A DNA stretch of 36,335 nt, taken from positions 1 to 36,335 of the forward strand of contig JBLFWS010000012.1 of assembly GCA_047611865.1 (NCBI GenBank), written 5' to 3'. Position 1 is the stretch's first letter. Each line of letters begins with the position of its first letter. The position numbers were made by a program, and so were the translations under genes. The notes under the pieces were generated by a model. The model did no database searches, was not told the origin of the DNA, and saw only the letters and a program-made list of their open reading frames with translations. This DNA comes from Chlamydiales bacterium (GTDB lineage: Bacteria; Chlamydiota; Chlamydiia; Chlamydiales; JBDQID01). Below, in pieces: positions 9,689 to 18,685 of this stretch.

Positions 9689-10731
9689 AAATCGATATCC
9701 ACACACATATTCTCCCAGAGGAATTACCGCGATGGGCAGACAAATTTGGCTATGGGGGATTCATATACCTGGATCATCATAAACCCAGGTGTGCCAGGAT
9801 GATGGTTGATGACAAATTCTTCCGCGAGATATCCTGCAACTGCTGGGATCCTGCCACTCGTATAGAAGACTGTGATAGAACAAGCGTTGATGTGCAGGTT
9901 TTGTCGACGATACCTGTTCTCTTCAGCTACTGGGCAAAAGCTCACGATGCTCTGGAGATTTCGAGATTTCTTAATGACCACATGGCAAGTGTTGTAGAGG
10001 CTAACCCTTCACGCTTTGTAGGGCTTGGAACGATTCCCATGCAAGCACCGGATCTGGCAGTAAAAGAATTGGAGCGCTGCGTAAATGAATTGGGACTCGC
10101 AGGAGTAGAAATAGGTTCTCACGTTAACGACTGGAATCTGGATGAAGCGGCACTCTTTCCCATCTTTGAAGCAGCAGAGCGTCTGGGAGCTGCGGTATTT
10201 GTTCACCCATGGGATATGGTAGGGAAAGAGGATATGCCCAAATATTGGTTGCCGTGGTTGGTAGGGATGCCTGCGGAGCAGTCAAGGGCTATCTGCTCGC
10301 TAATATTTGGCGGAGTCCTGGAACGTCTCCCCAAACTGAGGATTGCCTTTGCCCATGGTGGAGGGGCCTTCTCCGGGACCATTGGCCGCATTGAGCATGG
10401 CTTTAAGGTACGCCCCGATTTATGTGCCGTGGATAACAACGTCAACCCACGCGAATACCTCAAAAGAATCTATGTAGACTCATTAGTGCATGACCCTGCA
10501 ATGTTGAACTACCTAATAGAGCTCTACGGCGAAAACCGTGTCGCTCTGGGTAGTGACTACCCTTTCCCTCTAGGAGAAGACCACCCCGGGAAAATGATCG
10601 AATCCTTAGATCAACTCTCGAAAGAAACAAAAGAGCGTTTACTATCAGGAACAGCATTAGAGTGGTTGAACCTTAAAGGTAAGCATCTTGAGTCAATCCA
10701 GCGGCAATCCCAAGGTCTAGGAGCTTTATAG
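9685..10731 (+). CDS. nbaD: 2-amino-3-carboxymuconate-6-semialdehyde decarboxylase (ACMSD, amidohydrolase family)
   Basis: IDIHTH, QVLSTIPVLFSYW, FVHPWDM, WLVGMPAE, AHGGG, GSDYPFPLGE; ATGA overlap with nbaC. Confidence 0.95.
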   Translation: MKIDIHTHILPEELPRWADKFGYGGFIYLDHHKPRCARMMVDDKFFREISCNCWDPATRIEDCDRTSVDVQVLSTIPVLFSYWAKAHDALEISRFLNDHMASVVEANPSRFVGLGTIPMQAPDLAVKELERCVNELGLAGVEIGSHVNDWNLDEAALFPIFEAAERLGAAVFVHPWDMVGKEDMPKYWLPWLVGMPAEQSRAICSLIFGGVLERLPKLRIAFAHGGGAFSGTIGRIEHGFKVRPDLCAVDNNVNPREYLKRIYVDSLVHDPAMLNYLIELYGENRVALGSDYPFPLGEDHPGKMIESLDQLSKETKERLLSGTALEWLNLKGKHLESIQRQSQGLGAL

Positions 10732-10764
10732 TTTTTTTTGGGTGTGTGTGTGAGCTTAATAGTC

Positions 10765-10810
10765 TATGGGGCTTTGCCCCAAACCCCACCAAAGGGCCAG
10801 CCCTCTGGAC
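10765..10810. repeat. REP-like palindromic element (family B) at the operon end
   Basis: ggggc-ttt-gcccc hairpin, aaacccc, then ccaaaggg-ccag-ccctctgg stem. Confidence 0.55.
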
Positions 10811-11060
10811 ACCAGGATAGTGTCTGAGGCTTTGAGGATTTTTTTTACGGCCAACTCTTTTCTCTGCACTCGACGAACTGCGTTCATCTCGATGTCAGTC
10901 AGTTCCATTGTTCCAATGAAGCTGAATAGCCCGGCTTTGCCGGTTGACGATACCTGTTATAAAAGAAATGCTTATAGAAAGTAATTGAAAAAGTAGAGGC
11001 TATTTGTATGTTTGATAATTATCATTGAAAAATGTACTGTCTACATTTTTTTGTTAATTA

Positions 11061-11615
11061 ATGAAAAGACCTAAAAATATGTCGAGTATATGTTTAGCCT
11101 CATTTGGCTTTCAGTCTACCTCCCTTAGGGGGGATCTACCAAATGAAAGATTTGTTGAAATATCCGAAGCTGTAAACACAGCTAATCACGTTTACTCCTA
11201 TGTAGAGCAAAGTGTTAGATTGCAAACTCATATGGTTGAGGACAGTAAAAAACGACTGCTTCTCGAATTACAAGAACAGGTAGACGTATTAGTGCAGCGT
11301 GTTTTTGAAAAATTAGACCTCGAGAGAGTATGTTATTCTCTTGCCCTCTGTTATTTTGACCGGTTTATTGGTAGCATTGCAGAAGATATTAACCCAACGC
11401 ATATCCCTTATTATTACGTTGGGTCTCTATGCCTTGCTCAAAAATATCTGGATGATGATCATTATATAAATAGAGATTTTAGTCTATTGACTGGAGTATC
11501 TATTAAAGATTTCAACCGACTGGAATTAAGTATTCTGAAGACTCTGGAATTTAAACTAGAAGCTTCTATGTCCGACATTTCTCAATACTTTTCTCCGTAT
11601 GAACTGAGGGCTTAA
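11061..11615 (+). CDS. Eukaryote-like cyclin (PHO80/PCL-type cyclin box)
   Basis: ALCYFDRF..SLCLAQKYLDDDHYINRDFSLLTGVSIKDFNRLELSILKTLEFKL fits the PHO80-type pattern LAxKxxDDxxxxNxxF/W..NxLExxxLxxLxFxL. Confidence 0.85.
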   Translation: MKRPKNMSSICLASFGFQSTSLRGDLPNERFVEISEAVNTANHVYSYVEQSVRLQTHMVEDSKKRLLLELQEQVDVLVQRVFEKLDLERVCYSLALCYFDRFIGSIAEDINPTHIPYYYVGSLCLAQKYLDDDHYINRDFSLLTGVSIKDFNRLELSILKTLEFKLEASMSDISQYFSPYELRA

Positions 11616-11938
11616 AAGTCCCTGATCAATTAGCTTTTTTGAGATCAAGAGTAAGCTAATAGCTTCGAACGCCTACGTTTATGTAAATTGATGGTCACGT
11701 AAGTGGCCCATTTCCTTTTTAGCCCTGTCCTTTAGCGCGGGGAATCAAGAATACACTCCATGAAACGGTAAAAGACCGGAGTTATTTAGCCCCCCTCTTT
11801 TTATAGAGAATTGGTTCTTACTTTTTGTTCTCCCTGATCATAGTTTCGGTATAACGCTCATGTAAAACTCAAGTAGAAGACCAAAGTTGTCGATAATATC
11901 CACAAAGCATTTATTTGATGTCAAATAAGGAGACTTGT

Positions 11939-12534
11939 GTGATTAGGCCTATAGGTAATTCAGGGATACCTCAAAGTGGGGGAGCCAGTAGGGCGGATAT
12001 TGCTAAGCAAATTAAAAATAATATGGTAGAGAAATTGAAGCCGCAATCAGGGGAGTATATCAATCAACCTGTGGGGAATCTGCGATTTTCTGATCAAGAC
12101 AAGGAGGATTTGTTATTGGATTCTCGGAGAACGAAAAATACTATTGGAGGGGGATTTATTGCAGCGAACCCAGATACTAGAAAGGAGATCTGGAAATATT
12201 AGGGAAAAGAGGAGGGCAGGCTGTATCAGATATGAAGGAAGGAATGAGAGGATCTTTGGAGAAAGATGTTAGTAGTCGAGTTAAGCTTGATTTTAATGGG
12301 ACAAATTTAGAAAACGCCAAATTGACAAATGAAATTGTGGAAGGGATTGTTGATGATCTCGGATTGGACAAGTTAGTTGATGCCTTACATGCTAGATTTT
12401 TCATTCAGACTCAAGGGAAGACTGAAACTGCAGCATCAAAGTTACTTGGGAATGCAGCAAGTGTGGCAAAATCGTTGGTCAATAGAGCTTTCACTAAAAG
12501 GTCTCCCGCAAAAGTCTATATAGATAATTCATAG
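11939..12534 (+). pseudogene. Hypothetical effector-like gene split by a 1-nt frameshift near 12180-12200
   Basis: GTG 11939 with AAGGAG RBS; frame 1 ends at 12202, frame 2 is open from 12181 to 12534; one extra A in an A-run joins them. Confidence 0.55.
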
Positions 12535-12543
12535 AGTAAATAA

Positions 12544-12559
12544 GGGGCATTTCTGCCCC
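12544..12559. terminator. Hairpin between convergent genes
   Basis: ggggca-tttc-tgcccc between the stops at 12534 and 12567. Confidence 0.5.
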
Positions 12560-12566
12560 CTAAGAA

Positions 12567-14162
12567 TTACACGTTATGATACGCCCCAGTTGGTGTACTC
12601 GGTTCTACTGGAACCGCGCTAGCTTTTTGGCTTGTACATTTCCAAACGGCATATCCAAGACCAGCAGTAGCTACTCCACCAAGAAAAACCCCTGCATAGA
12701 TAGCTATATGTTCACCAGATTGATAGCTATGTTCACCATCAGCAGTTCTTGGCATTTCAGTTATCGGCAAAGGAGTCTCTGTTGTAGGGGTAGGACATGG
12801 AGAATTTGTTACAGGGGGCTTCGTTGTAGGTCCGGGTGTCGGAGCCTGTGTGGGTATAGGTGTTGGACCCTGTGTAGGTGTCGGCGCAGGCGTTGGAGCC
12901 TTTGTAGTAGGTATGGGTGTTGGACTTTGAGTAGGCGTTGGTGTTGGAGCCTTTGTGGTAGGTATGGGTGTAGGTGCAGGCGTTGGAGCCTTTGTTGTAG
13001 GTGTGGGTGTTGGCGCTGGTGGATTAGGATTCCCCGCACACTCAGACGGAAGTGGCAGAGTTGTTGGTCTGCTTCCTGGATTTTGTCCCACTGCATAATC
13101 CCCAAACACAGCACAATCCCTGAGGGGAGTGGATCCGCATCTTTGTGTAACAGTACGTCTTACAACACCTCTCATAGCATCTTCCAATGCGAGTATGGCT
13201 TTACCACGGTCGGCATACTGGTTTGGATCATTACCGATGTTATGGCTAAATCCCAAACTGTGAAGCAACTCGTGAAACATAATCGCGGAATTAAGATCGT
13301 GGGGGAAGCTGGAGGGAACAGGTAAGTTAAAGGTAAATAGGTCGTGCTCGCCACTTCGAGCTATCTGAGAATAGGTGTAGCCTCCAATGCCAGTATTAGG
13401 GTTACGGAATCCACCAACAGCGACAGAGCTTTCGAGGAGTTTATCAATAGCTACATCAAGCTGTGCTCTGGTCATGGCAATGCCTTTGTTGGCATTCCGA
13501 TATCCTATATCGAGGATTGAGTTGCGGCATTCTGTCAAAACCCATGTCATAGCTAAATAGGACTCGCTAAGGTGTTGGGACTGTTGGGTGTTAAATGTGG
13601 CATCTTGAAACTGACCCTCAGATGGGCTGCGTGTACCTAAGCCTGTTTGTACATAGACTTTAAAGTTCGGCTGTATGGCCTTGTATGTGTCGAAATTAAA
13701 AGACACTTGATCGAGAAGGGTAAACTTATCGGCATTGATACCTGTAAGCTGGCCGTTGCTACCGATGTTTAGTTCTCTGGTAGTCCCAGTAAAGAGCTTT
13801 CGTTGGCAAGAAGCTATTCCCGCAGCGGTTGCGGCGCTTAAGAGTGGGATGGCATTTACAGGAACAGGGATCCCAGCAATTTCCATAATATAATAGGTCA
13901 CGAAAGTAGCGCAAGCTGTAGCTGCAGCAATGACAGCAGTGGCTTTTTCACTGATCTGAAAAGAGGGGCTCTGGTCTAGGTTGAGTGTGATTTCACTCGC
14001 AGAGAACTTTGCTGGGGCTTTTTCTTCAATTTCTATAGATTGAGTTGCTACACGGCTACATTTTTCTTCTAAAGGGCATTTGTTAGGGGTTTTGTGATTG
14101 TTTAAAGGATGGGGAATGACTTCTATTTGCTTGTGTGAAGGGATAGTATATGTACTTGCCAC
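12567..14162 (-). CDS. Membrane-anchored metzincin-type zinc metalloprotease with Pro/Thr-rich stalk
   Basis: [11 protein letters not shown] (HExxHxxGxxH); N-terminal two-lobed hydrophobic segment; PT repeats; C-terminal [34 protein letters not shown] before GTG. Confidence 0.8.
   Translation of the reverse strand: MASTYTIPSHKQIEVIPHPLNNHKTPNKCPLEEKCSRVATQSIEIEEKAPAKFSASEITLNLDQSPSFQISEKATAVIAAATACATFVTYYIMEIAGIPVPVNAIPLLSAATAAGIASCQRKLFTGTTRELNIGSNGQLTGINADKFTLLDQVSFNFDTYKAIQPNFKVYVQTGLGTRSPSEGQFQDATFNTQQSQHLSESYLAMTWVLTECRNSILDIGYRNANKGIAMTRAQLDVAIDKLLESSVAVGGFRNPNTGIGGYTYSQIARSGEHDLFTFNLPVPSSFPHDLNSAIMFHELLHSLGFSHNIGNDPNQYADRGKAILALEDAMRGVVRRTVTQRCGSTPLRDCAVFGDYAVGQNPGSRPTTLPLPSECAGNPNPPAPTPTPTTKAPTPAPTPIPTTKAPTPTPTQSPTPIPTTKAPTPAPTPTQGPTPIPTQAPTPGPTTKPPVTNSPCPTPTTETPLPITEMPRTADGEHSYQSGEHIAIYAGVFLGGVATAGLGYAVWKCTSQKASAVPVEPSTPTGAYHNV
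12790..13020 (-). repeat. Coding tandem repeats encoding a PTPxPTTKAP linker
   Basis: Recurrent ggagcctttgtNgtaggtRtgggtgt units; most are absent from the paralog. Confidence 0.85.
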
Positions 14163-14427
14163 GGTCTCTCCTGTCTGTAAACGGTTTTGTTGAAAAAAAA
14201 TTTAGACATTACAGTACGTACTTATTTTTTTTCACGCTCAAAGTGCACTGTGCACTTAAAATTTGTATTTTATCAAAATTGAGAAAAAAGGTCTCTCCTG
14301 TTTATGAAATGCTTGTGTTGAAAAAGCGTTAAATAATATTAGGAGAGACCGTTTTTCCACGCCTTAAATTAGAGGTGTAAAAGGATTCGATGACTTTTAC
14401 AAAAGTCTTGATTTTGCCCCTTAAGTA

Positions 14428-15847
14428 CTACACGTTATGATAAGACCCGGTGGGAGTCAGCACTTCAATTGGAGCCTCGCTAGATTTCTGACTTACACAT
14501 TCCCAAATGGCATATCCAAGACCAGCAGTAGCTAATCCGCCAAGATAAACCCCTGTATAAATAGCTATATGTTCACCAGAGCTATAACGTTGTTCACAAA
14601 CAACGGGTCTTGGCATTTCAGTTATTGGCAAGGGAGCTTTAGTTGTGGGAGTGGGGCTTGGGGCATTTGTCACAGGAGGCTTTGTTGTAGGTGTAGGTGT
14701 TGGGGGATTTGGATTTCCTGCGCACTCAGACGGAAGTGGCAGAGCTGTTGGCCTGTTTTCTGGATTTTTTCCCACAGCATAATTTCCGAACACAGCACAA
14801 TCGCTGAGGGGGGTGGAGCCGCATCTTTGTGTAACAGTACGCTTTACAACACCTCTCATAGCATCTTCCAATGCGAGTATGGCTTTACCACGGTCGGCAT
14901 ACTGGTTTGGATCATTGCCGATGTTATGGCTAAATCCCCAGCTATGAAGGATTTCGTGAAACATTATCGCGGAATTGAGATCGTGTGGAAAGCTTGAGGG
15001 AACAGGTAAGTTAAAGGTAAATAGTTGCTGATCACCACTTTTAGCTATCTGAGAATAGGGTGTAGCCTCCAATGCCCGTATTAGGATTGAGGAAGCCTCC
15101 TACTTCGACAGAGTTTTCGAGGAGTTGATCAATAGCTACATTTAGCTGTGCTTTTGTTAGGGCAATGCCTTTGTTAGCATTCTGATAACCTATATCGAGA
15201 ATGGAATTGCGGCATTCAGTCAAGGCCCATGTCATAGCTAAAAAAGATTCGCTAAGGTGTTGGGACTGCTGAGTGCTATATGTAGCATCTTGAAACTGAC
15301 CCTCTGAGGGGCTATGGGTCCCCAAACCGGTTTGTACATAGATCTTAAAGTTCGGTTGTATGGCTTTGTATGTGTCGAAATTAAAAGATACTTGATCCAG
15401 AGGGGTAAATTTATTCGCGTTGACACCTGTGAGCTGACCATTACTGTCGATGTTTAATTCTCTGGTAGTCCCTGTGAAGAGCTTGCGTTTGCAAGAAGCA
15501 ATTCCCGCGGCGGTTGCGGCACTAAGCAGTGGGATGGTGTTTGCAGGAAGGGGGATTCCAGCGGTTTCCATAATATAATAAGTTGCAAAAGTAGCGCAGG
15601 CAGTAGTAAAAGCAAAGAGAGCAGTGGCTTTTTCGCTAAGCAGAAAAGAGTTGTTCACGTCTTTGTTGAGTGTAGTTGCAGTCGCCCGAAGCTCTGCGGG
15701 AACTTTTTCTTCGATTTCTATAGATTGAGTAGCTACTCGGCTACATTTTTCTTCTAAGGGGAGTTTATCTGGAGTCTTGTGAATGTCAAAATGCTTTGAA
15801 ATAGCTTCAAGTTGCTTGTGAGCTGGGATTGTGTATGTTGTTGCCGC
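14428..15847 (-). pseudogene. Decayed paralog of the metzincin protease gene
   Basis: Extra G (gagaatagggtgtag vs gagaataggtgtag, 15058-15060) splits ORFs 15041-15922 and 14428-15072; the homologous start GTG reads GCG (15845-15847); HEILHSWGFSH retained. Confidence 0.85.
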
Positions 15848-15972
15848 GAAGTCTCCTGCATGTAAAATGGTTTTTTTTGAAAAAAAATAGACATTACAGG
15901 ACGTAGTTATTTTTTTGCACATTCAAATTGTACTGTTCACTTAAAAATTTATTTTAGAAAAATTGAGAGAAA

Positions 15973-16002
15973 GGTCTCTCCTAAATATGATTAGGAGAGA
16001 CC
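15973..16002. terminator. Intrinsic terminator after 16021-16845
   Basis: Perfect 12-bp stem ggtctctcctaa-atatga-ttaggagagacc with T-rich flanks, 18 nt past the stop. Confidence 0.75.
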
Positions 16003-16020
16003 ATTTTTCCACTTCCTCAA

Positions 16021-16845
16021 TTAGAGGTGGAAGAAATTTTTGATGCCTGAAGCGACAGTTTCTACGACGTTTTTCACTTCTTTGATAGGGAATCCAGCAT
16101 CTTTTAATGTAGAATGAAGATTCTTTTTACTAAGCTTGAAATGTCTTTGAATAGTATCTGTAAGGTCTTTAAGGTTCATATTAAAAGTTTTTTTCAGAGC
16201 TTTTGCTACGGCTTTTGAATCTTTTGTAAGGGTCTTGAAAATGCTGGCAGCTTGCTTGCCATTTTGCTTATATACCTTCTTAAGAACAGTGCCTATGCTG
16301 TCTACTGAAGATCCAATATCTTTTAAGGATTTAGCAGCCTGAGTTGCAGATTGTTTAAATGTCTTTTGTAAGACCATGGCGATGTGGCCTTCAGATTTTC
16401 CAATTCCTTTTAAAATAACGGCCGTGTCCTTTGCTGATTTTTTGAAAACACTCTTCATTACATTGCCAATTTCAGGGACGGTGGTATTGATTTTATTGAG
16501 AATAGAAGCCACTTGTTTAGCATTCTGTTTGTATACGGTTTTCAATGACTGGGTAATAGTTTCGACAGGGGTACCAAGATCATTTAAAGTCTTTGCTGTT
16601 AGAGATGCAGAGATCTTGTAAGTTTTTTTTAGTACGGCAGCTATCTGACTTTCAGTTTTTCCAATACCCTTTAAAATATTGGCGACATCAAAGTGTGAAA
16701 GTTTCAACGTACTTTTAAGGACATCACCAATTTGATGATCCCCTATCTTAATGTCGTTTAGGTGCTTTGCCACCTGCTTGGATGAATTTAGAATTTGGGT
16801 ACTTAGCTTTTTACTTTTCACGGATTTCTTAGTAACTGTTACCAT
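16021..16845 (-). CDS. Lys-rich 29-aa tandem helical repeat protein
   Basis: At least seven 29-aa units such as LKGIGKTESQIAAVLKKTYKISASLTAKT; AGGAG RBS. Confidence 0.85.
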   Translation of the reverse strand: MVTVTKKSVKSKKLSTQILNSSKQVAKHLNDIKIGDHQIGDVLKSTLKLSHFDVANILKGIGKTESQIAAVLKKTYKISASLTAKTLNDLGTPVETITQSLKTVYKQNAKQVASILNKINTTVPEIGNVMKSVFKKSAKDTAVILKGIGKSEGHIAMVLQKTFKQSATQAAKSLKDIGSSVDSIGTVLKKVYKQNGKQAASIFKTLTKDSKAVAKALKKTFNMNLKDLTDTIQRHFKLSKKNLHSTLKDAGFPIKEVKNVVETVASGIKNFFHL

Positions 16846-17095
16846 GACTCTATCTCCTAGGAGCTAAAATGTTAGAAAAAAATAAGGGGGGGCGTCACAG
16901 GTGGTAAAAAGAATGTCATGAGAATTCATTCTGTAAATTTCTGATTATTGGAGCAACAAGAAAATAAGACAAGTAAATATTTTAATATTTTAGTTGGAAG
17001 CTAAAAACGGGAGCTGCTATGGGGAGGCACAGATGAGGCTAAAATCCTATAGCCTGCTCTTTTAAATTCCCCGTTAATATTTGTCCCTTTTAATT

Positions 17096-17217
17096 CACCC
17101 ACGAATGTGGGTGTTGGAATGTAGCCCTGTGCAAGCGCGAGGAGCTTGCGACGAGACACGCAGCTCTGGTTTAGTAAGAAAAACAATTTGTACCCTCGAA
17201 AAGGGTACTGGAATTCA
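17096..17217. repeat. Full copy of structured repeat family A
   Basis: cacccacgaatgtgggtg..gtagccctgtgcaagcgcgaggagcttgcgacgagacacgcagctctgg..gtaccctcgaaaagggtactgga aligns with 23703-23826. Confidence 0.9.
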
Positions 17218-17308
17218 CCGGAAACTCTAGAAGGGAGGTTGCGGGGTTATTAAGGTGATCGGTGCCACCCCAGGACTTTTACCGGGTTTGCATTTACTTG
17301 TTCTTTCG

Positions 17309-18685
17309 TTAAGCTCTAACCATAGCTTGACGTCTTTCTGCATTGAGTGCTCTGTCGATTTCCCTTTTGACGGAACTCAAGTCGAGACCTCCTAAATCAT
17401 TGACGTCATGACATATTTGTTCCAAAACAGAATCCTGAATACGCCCTTTTCTCATGGCTTCGGCATAGGGGATGTCTGTGAAAGTTACCATGGAATATTT
17501 TGAGATGAAATCCCCAGGGTATTTGTCTTCCAGCTTGTGTTCGAGTTCTTTCTTTAGCAAAAACTTGGGGTCGGCCACCAGGTCTCTCATTTCGATGAAG
17601 TTGTCGATGGCAAGGTCAGCTATGGCGTCGGTATTTTCTTTGCGGAGCTTTTGGTACTCCTGGAAAATCCTCTCCCAATCGTGATCGTACTTTTCGATAC
17701 AGTCGTTTAGGACGGTGCAGTCTTCGAAGGAGCAGTTCATCCCTTGTCCATAGAAAGGAACCATGGCGTGGGCGGCATCCCCTAAGAGAAGAACTTGGTC
17801 TTTGAAGTTCCAGGGGGAGCACTTTACTGTTACGAGAGAGCCTGTGGGGTTCTGGGAAAAATCTTCATTTAGCGAAGGCATCAAAGCATAGGCATCGGGG
17901 AATTTATCCTGGAAGAAGCTTGTCACGTCTTCGGGAGTTTTTAAGTTTTCGAAACTCAAATCTCCTTGAAGGGGCAAAAAAAGCGTGCAGGTGAAAGAGC
18001 CATCCAGATTTGGAAGAGCAATCAGCATATAGGAAGCCATTGGCCATATATGTAGCGCATGCTTTTCCATCTGGTGTTTACCCTCTTTTCCAGGGGGGAT
18101 GGTTAGCTCTTTGTAGGAGTGTTCGAGGTAGTTCTGGGAAAAGTTAAAGCGAGGTCTCCCTATCCATGATGTACGCACCGCAGAAGTGGACCCTTCCGTA
18201 TCGAAAACTCGGCTGGCATCGAGGGTAAATTCAACGTCAGTTTTCTTATCGAGAAAAGTTAATTCTTCTGATGAAAGCTTCATTCCGAGACACTGCTTTT
18301 CGAAATGCAAGCGTATTTCCGGAAAATTTTCTGTAGCATTGAGGATAGCTGCATTTAAGTCTTCTCGAGAAATGCTGTAGATGACTTCTTCTTCGTTTTT
18401 TCCATAGGGAGCAAAGCTTAGTCTTCCTCCATTACCATGGATCATACGTCCTTTCATAGAAATGGCTTGTCCGAGTATCTTTTGGTCTAACCCAAGCTTT
18501 TCAAGAGCAGTGACACCTCTTTTGGAAAGGGCCATATTAATGGAGCGGCCAGAATAGCTGGATTCCGTACGTAAATCTGGGCGGCGTTCATACAGATCCA
18601 CATGATATCCATGTTTGGCGAGGAAAATAGAGAGTAGTGAACCTGCCAGACCAGCTCCTACTATAATAGATGTTTTCGTTTTCAT
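17309..18685 (-). CDS. kmo: Kynurenine 3-monooxygenase
   Basis: GAGLAG, GRSINMALSKRG, ALHIWP, LLGDAAHAMVPFYGQGMN, NFIEMRD, YSMVTF. Confidence 0.96.
   Translation of the reverse strand: MKTKTSIIVGAGLAGSLLSIFLAKHGYHVDLYERRPDLRTESSYSGRSINMALSKRGVTALEKLGLDQKILGQAISMKGRMIHGNGGRLSFAPYGKNEEEVIYSISREDLNAAILNATENFPEIRLHFEKQCLGMKLSSEELTFLDKKTDVEFTLDASRVFDTEGSTSAVRTSWIGRPRFNFSQNYLEHSYKELTIPPGKEGKHQMEKHALHIWPMASYMLIALPNLDGSFTCTLFLPLQGDLSFENLKTPEDVTSFFQDKFPDAYALMPSLNEDFSQNPTGSLVTVKCSPWNFKDQVLLLGDAAHAMVPFYGQGMNCSFEDCTVLNDCIEKYDHDWERIFQEYQKLRKENTDAIADLAIDNFIEMRDLVADPKFLLKKELEHKLEDKYPGDFISKYSMVTFTDIPYAEAMRKGRIQDSVLEQICHDVNDLGGLDLSSVKREIDRALNAERRQAMVRA

Larger units (their letters stand above)
12551..16045. 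repeat. Tandem duplication (about 12551-14392 and 14412-16045) covering gene, upstream region and terminator
   Basis: Both coding and non-coding sequences align, e.g. tagacattacagtacgtacttattttt vs tagacattacaggacgtagttattttt, and aggagagacc..attagaggtg in both copies. Confidence 0.9.

Noticed and set aside
12576..13325. 249-aa Cys/Arg-rich + strand ORF (and 14569-14997)
   Set aside because: Antisense shadow of the Pro/Thr repeat region of the protease genes.
17001..17186. 61-aa ORF (also 10766-10984 and 20781-21119)
   Set aside because: These are chance frames over palindromic repeats or antisense to cspA.
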